The position numbers and the translations under genes were made by a program. Of a stretch of DNA of 43,945 nt, positions 8,917 through 18,059 are shown one piece after another. Every line of letters begins with the position of its first letter. Position 1 is the first letter of the stretch. This DNA comes from Bacteroidales bacterium (GTDB taxonomy: Bacteria > Bacteroidota > Bacteroidia > Bacteroidales > JBEPYD01). Below the pieces are notes generated by a model that was given only the letters and a program-made list of their open reading frames with translations, was not told the origin of the DNA and ran no database searches. The stretch is from positions 1-43,945 of the forward strand of contig JBEPYD010000004.1 of the NCBI GenBank assembly GCA_041641575.1, given 5' to 3'.

Positions 8917-10047
8917 TTGCATTTTAAAATCGACCATACCGATACTGAAACATCCGCCCGGACAGGTGTACTTAAAACTGATCACGGACCAATAGAAACC
9001 CCGGTTTTTATGCCTGTGGGTACCGTAGCATCTGTAAAAGGAATTCATCAGCGGGATTTGATAAATGACATCCATGCCCGAATCATCCTTGGAAACACCT
9101 ATCATTTATTTTTACGTCCGGGTATGGATATTATGAAAAAGGCAGGTGGTTTGCATGCTTTTATGGCATGGGACAAACCCATTCTTACCGATAGCGGCGG
9201 CTATCAGATTTTTTCTTTGGCCGAAAACCGTAAACTAAATGCAGAAGGAGCGGAATTTCGTTCGCATATTGATGGCAGCAAACACTTTTTTACGCCTGAA
9301 AATGTAATTGATATTCAACGAACGCTCGGATCAGACATTATGATGGCCCTTGATGAGTGTACTCCTTACCCCAGCGAATACAAACTGGCAAAAACCTCTA
9401 TGGAACTTACCCACAGCTGGCTTGACAAGGGACTCAAACATCTTAAAAATACGGCATCGCTTTATGGTCATCATCAATTTTATTTTCCTATTGTGCAGGG
9501 AAGTACCTACAATGACTTACGGAAAATAAGTGCGGCATATGTTGCTGAAAAAAATTGTGAGGGAAATGCCATTGGAGGTCTCTCTGTGGGAGAACCCACT
9601 GAAGACATGTATGAAATGCTTGAAGTAGTGAATGGCATTTTACCCATTGACAAACCCCGCTATCTGATGGGTGTGGGTACCCCGGCCAATATCCTTGAAG
9701 CCATTGCACTTGGTACAGATATGTTTGACTGTGTTATGCCCACACGAAATGGAAGGAATGGCATGCTCTTTACTTCTGAAGGAATTATAAACATCCGCAA
9801 TGAAAAATGGAAAGACGATTTCACTCTCATCGATGAAAATGGCCATAGTTTTGTAGATAGAACTTATTCCAAAGCATATTTGCGCCATTTGTTCGTTTCT
9901 AAAGAAATGCTGGGACCCCAAATTGGAAGCCTTCATAACCTTGCTTTTTATTTATGGTTGGTAGATGAGGCCAGAAGGAAAATTCAGGAGGGATTATTTA
10001 AAGATTGGAAAAAAGAAATGGTGCTGAAATTATCTACAAGAATATAA
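8917..10047 (+). CDS. tgt: tRNA-guanine(34) transglycosylase (queuine tRNA-ribosyltransferase)
   Basis: 376 aa. (M)HFKIDHTDTETSARTGVLKTDHGPIETPVFMPVGT aligns residue-for-residue with the E. coli Tgt N-terminus as I remember it. Also LGNTYHL, TDSGGYQ, MALDEC, GLSVGE, YLMGVG, DMFDCV. The start codon is TTG. Confidence 0.95.
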   Translation: MHFKIDHTDTETSARTGVLKTDHGPIETPVFMPVGTVASVKGIHQRDLINDIHARIILGNTYHLFLRPGMDIMKKAGGLHAFMAWDKPILTDSGGYQIFSLAENRKLNAEGAEFRSHIDGSKHFFTPENVIDIQRTLGSDIMMALDECTPYPSEYKLAKTSMELTHSWLDKGLKHLKNTASLYGHHQFYFPIVQGSTYNDLRKISAAYVAEKNCEGNAIGGLSVGEPTEDMYEMLEVVNGILPIDKPRYLMGVGTPANILEAIALGTDMFDCVMPTRNGRNGMLFTSEGIINIRNEKWKDDFTLIDENGHSFVDRTYSKAYLRHLFVSKEMLGPQIGSLHNLAFYLWLVDEARRKIQEGLFKDWKKEMVLKLSTRI

Positions 10048-10050
10048 AAG

Positions 10051-11136
10051 ATGTTACGGAAAAAACTGGATTTATATATTATTAAAAAATTTTTGGGAAC
10101 CTACGTATTCTCAATCATTATAATAATTTTAATTGCCGTGATATTTGACCTTTCAGAAAAGATTGACAATTTCATGGAAAATGAGGCTAGTTTTGAACAA
10201 GTAGTTCTTGAATATTATCTAAATTTCATCACTTATTTTGCCATCCTTTTTAGCCCACTTTTTACTTTCATATCTGTGATTTTTTTCACCTCCAAGATGG
10301 CTTATAACACTGAAATTATTGCTATCTTAAGCAGTGGAGTTAGCTTTAGAAGGATGCTGTGGCCCTTTTTCTTTTCCGCATTTATAATTGCAGCATTTGT
10401 TTATGTGATGAGCAATTATTTTATTCCTCAAGCCAATGCAGAACGTTTCGAATTTGAAGAAAAATACATCCACTCCAGACCGCCAAATTTTCGAGACAGA
10501 AATATTCATAAACAGTTGGAGCCAGGATTGTTTGTTTACATGGAAAGTTATAGCAATACATCAAATATTGGTTACAAATTTTCATTGGAAAGATTTGAGG
10601 AAGGAAAACTTGTTTCAAAATTAATGGCTGATTATGTCAGATGGGATTCTACAATTGATAAATGGAATATACGGAATTATTACATTCGTGAAATAAATGG
10701 ACAAGAAGAAAATATTGCCCGGGGAAGCTCCCTGGATACAACGTTGAATATGTACCCGGAAGAATTCAGGCAGCGGGAAAATGTTGTGGAGGCAATGAGC
10801 CACAGGGAATTAAAGGACTACATTGACAAGCAAAAAATGCAGGGATCAACAAATGTTGTGCTTTTTCAAATTGAATACTACAAACGAATTAGCAACCCCT
10901 TCAGTACTTTTATCCTTACATTGATTGGGTTGTCAGTTTCATCACGTAAAGTACGTGGGGGAATTGGCGGGCATATCGGTATGGGACTGGCCCTTAGCTT
11001 TTCATATCTCCTTTTTATGCAATTTTCCTCTCAATTTGCCATAGGGGGAAACCTTAATCCGCTGCTGGCCGTGTGGATACCAAATATCATGTATGCTTTT
11101 ATAGCATATTTTATGTATAAAATGGCACCAAAATAA
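10051..11136 (+). CDS. LptF/LptG (YjgP/YjgQ) family permease
   Basis: 361 aa. Three N-terminal TM helices, a ~180-aa periplasmic insert and three C-terminal TM helices. The opening LDLYIIKKFLGTYVFSI is typical of the family. Starts 3 nt after tgt. Confidence 0.8.
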   Translation: MLRKKLDLYIIKKFLGTYVFSIIIIILIAVIFDLSEKIDNFMENEASFEQVVLEYYLNFITYFAILFSPLFTFISVIFFTSKMAYNTEIIAILSSGVSFRRMLWPFFFSAFIIAAFVYVMSNYFIPQANAERFEFEEKYIHSRPPNFRDRNIHKQLEPGLFVYMESYSNTSNIGYKFSLERFEEGKLVSKLMADYVRWDSTIDKWNIRNYYIREINGQEENIARGSSLDTTLNMYPEEFRQRENVVEAMSHRELKDYIDKQKMQGSTNVVLFQIEYYKRISNPFSTFILTLIGLSVSSRKVRGGIGGHIGMGLALSFSYLLFMQFSSQFAIGGNLNPLLAVWIPNIMYAFIAYFMYKMAPK

Positions 11137-11213
11137 TTCTGAAAAATTAGTTCTAAATAAGCAGTTGTTTTTCAGTTAGTTAATTCTTACAATTGATTTA
11201 TAATTTTTTTATA

Positions 11214-11221
11214 TAATTTTG
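11214..11221 (+). promoter_or_regulatory. Candidate -7 box TAATTTTG upstream of the carboxyltransferase gene
   Basis: TAnnTTTG match about 90 nt upstream of the ATG at 11312. Confidence 0.25.
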
Positions 11222-11311
11222 ATTTTGTAATGTTGTACCCGATTTTCAAAACCGGTTGAGCATTTCTGAAGTAAAATCCGGTAAATTTTAGGTTTAATTA
11301 AAAAACGATTT

Positions 11312-12856
11312 ATGCCTCTAAAAAGAAAAATTCTCGAGCTAAAAAAGAAAAGAGAAGAAGTGCTTCAGGGCGGTGGTGAAAAAGCCATCGAGAAGCAAAT
11401 ATCAATGGGTAAGCTAACAGCTCGCGAGCGCATTATTACCCTTCTGGACAATGATTCCTTTCAGGAATACGACCTCTTTGTTGAGCACGAAGCACGCGAC
11501 TTCGATATGGATAAAAAGATTCTGCATGGCGATGGTGTAATTATAGGCACAGGTACTGTTTACGGCTCTCCCGTTTGTGTTTTTGCACAGGACTTTACGG
11601 TTGCCGGTGGTTCGCTTGGACTGATGCATGCCCGTAAAATCACCAAAATAATGGATCATGCCCTAAAAATGCGCGTTCCCCTTATTGGTATAAACGATTC
11701 TGGTGGCGCACGCATACAGGAAGGAGTAAATTCACTTGCCGGATATGGGGAAATATTCTTCCGTAATACGTTAAATTCCGGTGTTATACCCCAAATATCC
11801 GTAATTCTTGGGCCATGTGCCGGAGGTGCTGTATATTCACCCGCACTTACCGATTTTGTATTCGTGGTGGATAAAATATCCAAAATGTTCATCACAGGTC
11901 CAGAAGTTATAAAAACGGTACTGGGCGAGGAAATTTCTATGGAAGACCTGGGTGGTGCACGTGTACACAGCGAGATAACAGGAAATGCCCATTTCTTTGC
12001 AGAAAGTGAACAGGAGTGCTTTGATCAGATAAAGAAGCTAATGACTTTCATCCCATGGAATAATAAGCAAAAGGCAAGAGCATTTAAGCCCAAAAACCCG
12101 AAGTCGAGTTTTAAAATAGATGAAATTGTTCCGGGCGATCCAAAACTCCCTTATGATGTAAGGAATGTTGTACGTTCTGTGGTTGATGAATCTGACTTTT
12201 TTGAGGTACAGGAATTATGGGCTCAAAATATCGTTATTGGTTTTGGCCGCATCAATGGAGAAACAGTAGGATTTGTATGTAATCAACCCCTGGTATTAGC
12301 CGGTGTTCTTGATGTTGATTCTTCTAACAAAGCTGCGCGCTTTATCCGCTACTGCGATGCCTTTAACATTCCGATTGTAACACTGGTTGACCTACCCGGC
12401 TATTTGCCCGGCGTAGACCAGGAACATATGGGTGTAATCAGGCATGGTGCCAAAATCCTGTATGCTTATAGTGAAGCTACCGTACCCAAAATAACAGTGA
12501 TTATCAGGAAAGCATATGGTGGTGGCTATATTGCCATGAATTCACGTCACCTGCGTGCCGACTTCGTATTCTCATGGCCGGGAGCCGAAATTGCCGTAAT
12601 GGGACCTGAAGGTGCTGCAAATATCATCTTCCGTAAGGAAATTATGGGTGCTGAAGATCCTGAGAAAATGCGCCGCCAAAAAGTTAAGGAATACAAGCAA
12701 AAATTTGCTAATCCTTATGTGGCTGCTGCCAAAGGTTATGTTGATTCCGTGATTGAGCCCTCAGAAACCCGTAAGGTGCTTATGCATGCCATTGAAATAT
12801 CTAACAGTAAGGCAGTAAGCGGACCCAACAAAAAACATGGGATTCCCCCATTTTAA
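11312..12856 (+). CDS. Acyl-CoA carboxylase beta subunit / methylmalonyl-CoA decarboxylase alpha subunit (carboxyltransferase)
   Basis: 514 aa. GKLTARERI, VFAQDFTVAGGSLG, INDSGGARIQEG, GPCAGGAVYSPALTDF, RKAYGGGYIAM are classic carboxyl_trans (PccB/MmdA) signatures. Confidence 0.9.
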   Translation: MPLKRKILELKKKREEVLQGGGEKAIEKQISMGKLTARERIITLLDNDSFQEYDLFVEHEARDFDMDKKILHGDGVIIGTGTVYGSPVCVFAQDFTVAGGSLGLMHARKITKIMDHALKMRVPLIGINDSGGARIQEGVNSLAGYGEIFFRNTLNSGVIPQISVILGPCAGGAVYSPALTDFVFVVDKISKMFITGPEVIKTVLGEEISMEDLGGARVHSEITGNAHFFAESEQECFDQIKKLMTFIPWNNKQKARAFKPKNPKSSFKIDEIVPGDPKLPYDVRNVVRSVVDESDFFEVQELWAQNIVIGFGRINGETVGFVCNQPLVLAGVLDVDSSNKAARFIRYCDAFNIPIVTLVDLPGYLPGVDQEHMGVIRHGAKILYAYSEATVPKITVIIRKAYGGGYIAMNSRHLRADFVFSWPGAEIAVMGPEGAANIIFRKEIMGAEDPEKMRRQKVKEYKQKFANPYVAAAKGYVDSVIEPSETRKVLMHAIEISNSKAVSGPNKKHGIPPF

Positions 12857-12879
12857 TTATTTAATTAAGAAACTCTTTT

Positions 12880-13251
12880 ATGGCACGTAATACAAGTACA
12901 AAAAATTCTCCCAAAGATCCATGCGGAGAGAATAATTCAAAATGCAGTTCATTGCAAATTAATGAAACAAAGTACAAAACGGTTTTATCCAAAAAGTTTC
13001 TGAACAGAAAAAAGTGGGAAAAACCCGATACAAATAAAATTTACTCTTTCATTCCGGGAACCATTATTAAGATAAATGGAAAAGCCAACAAAAAGGTAAA
13101 AGAAGGGGAAATCCTTCTTATACTTGAGGCAATGAAAATGCAAAACAAAATTCTTAGCCCCTTTGATGGAGAAATTAAAGACATATACGTTAAAGTAGGT
13201 GATAAAATTCCCAAAGGACAGCTCATGGTGGAATTTAAACCACCGAAATAA
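12880..13251 (+). CDS. Biotin carboxyl carrier (biotin/lipoyl attachment domain) protein
   Basis: 123 aa. C-terminal biotinyl domain with EAMKMQN (biotinyl-Lys) and GDKIPKGQLMVEF. Starts 23 nt after the carboxyltransferase gene. Confidence 0.8.
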   Translation: MARNTSTKNSPKDPCGENNSKCSSLQINETKYKTVLSKKFLNRKKWEKPDTNKIYSFIPGTIIKINGKANKKVKEGEILLILEAMKMQNKILSPFDGEIKDIYVKVGDKIPKGQLMVEFKPPK

Positions 13252-13265
13252 CAAACAAGCATTTT

Positions 13266-13299
13266 TAAAAAGCGATCATTCACCGATCGCTTTTTTTTT
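13266..13299. terminator. Bidirectional rho-independent terminator between BCCP and ispE
   Basis: TAAAA-AGCGATC-attcacc-GATCGCT-TTTTTTTT. A 7-bp stem (13271-13277 / 13285-13291) flanked by an A-run and a T-run. It serves the two convergent genes. Confidence 0.75.
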
Positions 13300-14107
13300 A
13301 TATTTTCTGCATCCAAAAGAAGCAACCAGGAAAATCAGCTTTTGTTATTCCGGGCACCTGCTCAAATATTGCAAATACTGAAGCACCACTTCCTGACATT
13401 GCACTGTAGACAGCTCCGGCAGCTAATAAATTCTTCTTAATTTCAGCAATGGCAGGAAATTTTTGAAAGATGGTCTGCTCAAAATCATTCACAAGGTTAT
13501 TTTGCCACATTTCAACAGGCTGTTGGTAAACATCAGACGGAAAAAGCCCATTATCAGAGGGTTTTATACCCCCATAAGCATGAGCGGTATTTACGTGAAC
13601 ATTGGGCTTTATTATGCATAAGTAGTAGTTATTGAGTGAAAAAGTTACAGGATCAATTATCTCCCCTCTTCCACTTGCCAGGCAGGGGGTATTGTACAAA
13701 AAGAAAGCACAGTCGCTGCCTATTTTACCGGCAACAGATACCAATTCAGCCCTGTTTGCTCCAATCCTGTATAATTTATTGATCGCATCAAGCATAAAAG
13801 CTGCATCTGAAGATCCGCCGCCCAACCCTGCACCGGAAGGTATTTGCTTATGTAAAATGACGCGTACGGGTGCTGCATCATATAGCTCATTCATATATTC
13901 CCAGGCTTTAAACACGATATTCTCCTGCATATTCACATCCAGTTGATGCCCGCTCATTTCAAGTGAAAATTTACTGGCAGGCATAACTTCCATTATATCA
14001 CAAAGTGGCACCGGGTAAAATAATGTTTCAATATCGTGAAAACCATCTGGTCGCTTTCTCAGGACTTTCAATCCCAGGTTTATTTTTGCATTTGGGTAAA
14101 TAATCAT
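13298..14107 (-). CDS. ispE: 4-(cytidine 5'-diphospho)-2-C-methyl-D-erythritol kinase
   Basis: 269 aa. PNAKINLGLKVLRKRPDGFHDIETLF and the GHMP-kinase motif IPSGAGLGGGSSDAA. Confidence 0.9.
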   Translation of the reverse strand: MIIYPNAKINLGLKVLRKRPDGFHDIETLFYPVPLCDIMEVMPASKFSLEMSGHQLDVNMQENIVFKAWEYMNELYDAAPVRVILHKQIPSGAGLGGGSSDAAFMLDAINKLYRIGANRAELVSVAGKIGSDCAFFLYNTPCLASGRGEIIDPVTFSLNNYYLCIIKPNVHVNTAHAYGGIKPSDNGLFPSDVYQQPVEMWQNNLVNDFEQTIFQKFPAIAEIKKNLLAAGAVYSAMSGSGASVFAIFEQVPGITKADFPGCFFWMQKI

Positions 14108-14478
14108 CTCAATTTCTTAGTTATTCGTTGCAAGAAAATCATAAACTTCTTCGTCATGCCAGTAAAAAAAATGCTCATTTACATAAGTAAGTTTCGCTTT
14201 TTTTGATTTGGCAACCTCGTATTTGTGTTTTAGTAACAACCGCCAGGGTAAAGGCAATATTAAATATCATGTAAATCTACAGGCAATCTTCATATCTTTT
14301 AAAATTTTCTAAATTTAATTTGAATTTATGAAATAATATGGTACAAATAATTGCAATATGCATTGTAATTTACTGTAAAACAACATGCTTAAAATTTGTT
14401 AACAAATCTTCATTTTTATCAACATTGGGTGTTCGAAAAAGGAAGGTATAATACGCTCATATCCGGTATGCAATTTCG

Positions 14479-14486
14479 TACATTTG
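14479..14486 (+). promoter_or_regulatory. Candidate -7 box TACATTTG for dnaB
   Basis: TAnnTTTG match 20 nt upstream of the dnaB ATG. Confidence 0.35.
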
Positions 14487-14505
14487 CAATGCAAAAAAAA
14501 TACTT

Positions 14506-16044
14506 ATGGCAGTACAGAGGAAACAGAATAAACCAGTGTTGAAGATGGACCAGCTTAGCGTGGACATGGGGAAAATGCCACCACAGGCTACCAATCTTGA
14601 GGAAATCGTTTTAGGAGCCATCATGATAGAGAGTGATGCAGTGATAACCGTAATGGATATTCTGAAGCCTGAAAGTTTTTACAGAGAAAGTCACCAGAAA
14701 ATTTACAATGCAGTAGTTGAGCTATCTGTAAATGAAGAACCCGTCGATATTCTTACCGTAACAGAAAAACTAAAGCAAAAAGAATTGCTAGATAGCATCG
14801 GAGGCCCCTACTATCTTGCACAATTAACTTCTAATGTTGCATCTGCTGCTCATATTGAATATCATGCACGTATCATTCAGCAAAAATATATTCAGCGCGA
14901 ACTCATCAGGGTGTCAACAGAAATTCAGAACAAAGCTTTTGATGAGTCTATTGATGTAAACGACCTCCTGGATTTTTCAGAAAGTGAATTGTTTGAAATT
15001 GCCTCAGGAAACATAAAAAAGGAAGCTGCCAAAATAAACGTTCTGATAAAAGAGGCCATTTTTCAAATAGAGGAAGCAGCAAAGAGAGAGGATAACCTGA
15101 GCGGCGTGCCTTCGGGATTTTCAAAACTGGACAGGTTAACCAGCGGGTGGCAACGGTCTGATTTAATAATTCTGGCAGCCAGACCCTCTATGGGTAAAAC
15201 AGCTTTTGTACTTAGTATGGCCAGAAATATGGCGGTTGAACACAAAAAGCCCATTGCACTTTTTTCCCTTGAGATGTCATCCATACAGCTTGTGAACAGG
15301 CTGATTGTAAGCGAAACAGAGCTTCCCTCTGATCGTATTCGTAACGGGCGGCTGGAGGATTATGAGTGGCAGCAATTGGATTACAAAATAAAGAGCCTCA
15401 CAGAAGCCCCTATTTTAATTGATGATACCCCGGCAATTTCTGTTTTTGAGCTCAGGGCCAAATGCCGCAGATTGAAAACCCAACACAATATTGAAGCCGT
15501 AATTATTGACTACTTGCAGCTAATGACCGGCACGCCTGAAACGCGTGGCAACCGCGAGCAGGAAGTAAGTACCATCTCCCGCGCCCTTAAAGCGATTGCA
15601 AAGGAACTTGACATACCTGTAATTGCACTTTCGCAGCTAAACCGTTCTGTAGAAATGCGCAGTGGAAGCAAACGCCCCCAACTGAGTGATTTGCGTGAAT
15701 CCGGCGCTATTGAGCAGGATGCTGACCTTGTGTTGTTTATTCACAGACCTGAAAAATATGGGTTACTGGAAGATGAAGAAGGAAATCCAACGCAGGGAAT
15801 GGCGGAAATTATAGTTGCCAAACACCGTAATGGTGCTATAGATGATGTCAAGCTCAGGTTTATCGATAAATTTGCCAAATTTACAGATTATGAAGATGTG
15901 GCACCCTTTCCAGGTGAAGCAGATGATGCCTCAAACATGGCTGTTACCTATGGGTCGAAAATGAATCAGGAGGATGCTCCACCGCCAAACAGTGATTTTG
16001 ATCTTGGCCAGAACAGCAGCTTTGATGAAGAAGCCCCATTCTAA
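14506..16044 (+). CDS. dnaB: Replicative DNA helicase DnaB
   Basis: 512 aa. PPQATNLEEIVLGAIM, the Walker A motif ARPSMGKTAF, FSLEMS, IIDYLQLM, ALSQLNR, LRESGAIEQDAD, IVAKHRNG. An acidic C-terminal tail extends beyond the usual end. Confidence 0.95.
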   Translation: MAVQRKQNKPVLKMDQLSVDMGKMPPQATNLEEIVLGAIMIESDAVITVMDILKPESFYRESHQKIYNAVVELSVNEEPVDILTVTEKLKQKELLDSIGGPYYLAQLTSNVASAAHIEYHARIIQQKYIQRELIRVSTEIQNKAFDESIDVNDLLDFSESELFEIASGNIKKEAAKINVLIKEAIFQIEEAAKREDNLSGVPSGFSKLDRLTSGWQRSDLIILAARPSMGKTAFVLSMARNMAVEHKKPIALFSLEMSSIQLVNRLIVSETELPSDRIRNGRLEDYEWQQLDYKIKSLTEAPILIDDTPAISVFELRAKCRRLKTQHNIEAVIIDYLQLMTGTPETRGNREQEVSTISRALKAIAKELDIPVIALSQLNRSVEMRSGSKRPQLSDLRESGAIEQDADLVLFIHRPEKYGLLEDEEGNPTQGMAEIIVAKHRNGAIDDVKLRFIDKFAKFTDYEDVAPFPGEADDASNMAVTYGSKMNQEDAPPPNSDFDLGQNSSFDEEAPF

Positions 16045-16739
16045 AAGGCAAGAATTCCTTTTAGTTCAAGCAGGTGATGAATTTCATAGGTAACATCTTC
16101 CTGATGCACTTTTTTAAGAGGATTAAAATAAACCTGATCAATACCTGCTTTTGAAGCGCCTGTAATATCTGCCTCCAGATCATCTCCAATCATTAAAGCT
16201 GCAGAGGGTTTTTCATTGGCCAGCGAAAGCGCCTTTTTAAATATTATCGGATGAGGTTTCTGATAACCAAGGTTTTCTGAGGTGAAAATATCTTTAAAAA
16301 ATAGATTTAAACCACATCTTTCCATCTTTAAATATTGCACCTCATTAAATCCATTTGTGAGTATATATAACCGATAGTGCTGATGAAGAAACCGCAGAAC
16401 CTCAATAGTGCCCGGCATTAATGTTGTTTTATTTGGAGAAATCCTAAGATATTCTTCCCCCATCTTTGCGGCAAGCTCTTCATTATGAATACCAAAATCT
16501 TTCAGGGACAGGTCAAAACGTTTTGTACGTAGCAAACTTTTCTTAATTTTGCCTTGTCTGTATGCCATCCATAAGCGTTCATTATGTTTTTGATAAACGC
16601 GAAGAAATGCGTTAGCAGAAGAGATTTTTGAGTTTAATTCAAATGAGGCAAATATATCACGTAAGGCTTCTTCTGCATTAGTATCAAAATCCCAAAGGGT
16701 TCGGTCAAGATCGAAAAGTAATGTGGTGTACTTTTGCAT
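16041..16739 (-). CDS. HAD-IA hydrolase, YjjG-like (noncanonical pyrimidine nucleotidase family)
   Basis: 232 aa. HAD motif I FDLDRTLWDF, motif II ILTNG, motif III/IV K...GDDLEADITGA. Confidence 0.7.
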   Translation of the reverse strand: MQKYTTLLFDLDRTLWDFDTNAEEALRDIFASFELNSKISSANAFLRVYQKHNERLWMAYRQGKIKKSLLRTKRFDLSLKDFGIHNEELAAKMGEEYLRISPNKTTLMPGTIEVLRFLHQHYRLYILTNGFNEVQYLKMERCGLNLFFKDIFTSENLGYQKPHPIIFKKALSLANEKPSAALMIGDDLEADITGASKAGIDQVYFNPLKKVHQEDVTYEIHHLLELKGILAF

Positions 16740-16768
16740 GGTAACATGGTTGTAAAATATGCGAAGAA

Positions 16769-16776
16769 CAAAAGTA
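16769..16776 (-). promoter_or_regulatory. Candidate -7 box TACTTTTG for the HAD hydrolase gene
   Basis: The minus strand reads TACTTTTG (TAnnTTTG), 30 nt upstream of the ATG at 16739. Confidence 0.3.
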
Positions 16777-16811
16777 CCTAAACAAGTGTGAGAATTATCG
16801 CAAATTGCACC

Positions 16812-16819
16812 TAATTTTG
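16812..16819 (+). promoter_or_regulatory. Candidate -7 box TAATTTTG for the DEAD-box helicase gene
   Basis: TAnnTTTG match 43 nt upstream of the ATG at 16862. Confidence 0.3.
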
Positions 16820-16861
16820 AAAAGGTTCTGCCGACAAGTTAATGACATAAAAAAGTAAAAA

Positions 16862-17989
16862 ATGAATTTTAAAAGTTTTAATCTCTCCCCAGAAGTTGTG
16901 GAAGCTATAAGCGCAACGGGTTATGAAAAGCCCACCCCCGTGCAGGAGATGGCCATTCCCTTAATTATGGATGGCAAAGACCTCATTGCCTGCGCACAAA
17001 CCGGAACCGGAAAAACGGCCGCTTATATTCTTCCCCTGTTGCACCTGATAGCAAGTGGCGGAGATGAGAAAAGAATACGGGCGCTCATCATTGTTCCCAC
17101 CCGTGAATTGGCCCAACAGGTTGACCAGCAATTTCAGGGATTTGGATACTTTTTGCCGGTAAGTTCTGCAGCTGTGTACGGCGGCGGAGACCCGCGCGAC
17201 TGGGAAGTACAGAAAAAAGCCATGACTTCTTTTAGCGATGTTATTATTGCCACCCCGGGCCGTATGATCTCACACATAAACCTTGGCTATGTTGATTTAA
17301 AAAATCTCGATGTGCTCATTCTGGATGAAGCAGACCGTATGCTGGATATGGGTTTTTTTGATGATATTATGCGTATCATCACACATTTACCCAAAAAGCG
17401 TCAAACGCTTATGTTTTCTGCCACCATGCCTCCCAAAATAAGGCAACTGGCCAATAAATTACTGCATAAACCAGAATCTATCGATATCGCTGTTTCAAAA
17501 CCTGCTGAAGGTGTTTTGCAAGCAGCATATATGGTTGAAGATAATAAAAAGAATGACCTCATCAGTGAACTTCTAAAAGGCAAACATGATGAAACTACCA
17601 TCATTTTTGCATCTACAAAAGGAAAGGTAAAGCAAATAGCACGGCAGCTGAAATCAGAAAACCTGAATGTGCGTGAAATTCATTCTGATTTAGAACAACA
17701 CGAGAGAGAAAGTGTAATGCTGGCTTTTAAAAATAAAAAATTTAACATTCTCGTTGCCACCGACATCATTTCGCGTGGAATTGATATTGAAAATATTAAT
17801 TTAATTGTTAATTATGATGCCCCACAAGAGCCGGAAGATTACATACACCGCGTAGGAAGGACGGCCAGGGCAGAAAGGACTGGAGTAGCGCTAACTTTTG
17901 TAAACAGACTTGATAAACGCAAATTTGATAGAATTGAGAAGTTTCTGAAAAAGGAAATTCATAAAATACCTGTGCCTAAAAATATTTAA
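16862..17989 (+). CDS. DEAD-box ATP-dependent RNA helicase (RhlE-like core, no long C-terminal tail)
   Basis: 375 aa. Q-motif region (YEKPTPVQ), AQTGTGKT, PTRELA, DEAD, SAT, ARGID, HRVGRTARA. Confidence 0.9.
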   Translation: MNFKSFNLSPEVVEAISATGYEKPTPVQEMAIPLIMDGKDLIACAQTGTGKTAAYILPLLHLIASGGDEKRIRALIIVPTRELAQQVDQQFQGFGYFLPVSSAAVYGGGDPRDWEVQKKAMTSFSDVIIATPGRMISHINLGYVDLKNLDVLILDEADRMLDMGFFDDIMRIITHLPKKRQTLMFSATMPPKIRQLANKLLHKPESIDIAVSKPAEGVLQAAYMVEDNKKNDLISELLKGKHDETTIIFASTKGKVKQIARQLKSENLNVREIHSDLEQHERESVMLAFKNKKFNILVATDIISRGIDIENINLIVNYDAPQEPEDYIHRVGRTARAERTGVALTFVNRLDKRKFDRIEKFLKKEIHKIPVPKNI

Positions 17990-18009
17990 GGGTATACACC
18001 CGGATGCAG

Positions 18010-18032
18010 AAAAACCGGCTTAGGCAAGCCGG
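18010..18032 (-). terminator. Rho-independent terminator for the 18060-18509 gene (may also act on the convergent helicase gene)
   Basis: 7-bp GC-rich stem CCGGCTT/AAGCCGG (18015-18021 / 18026-18032) with a 4-nt loop. On the minus strand it is followed by TTTTT. The plus-strand T-tract is poor. Confidence 0.55.
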
Positions 18033-18059
18033 CATTTGAAGATTAGAAAAGAGAAGAGT

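Noticed and set aside
14394-14407. Perfect 14-bp palindrome ATTTGTTAACAAAT
   Set aside because: My rough estimate is that several perfect 14-bp palindromes are expected by chance in 44 kb of this AT-rich composition. I recognise no motif family and the position is not compelling. It is mentioned only within the gap finding.
14416-14424. TTATCAACA, one mismatch from the DnaA box TTATCCACA, upstream of dnaB
   Set aside because: It is a single isolated site with no cluster of boxes, no adjacent AT-rich unwinding repeats and no dnaA/dnaN context. A one-mismatch 9-mer is expected by chance at this scale.
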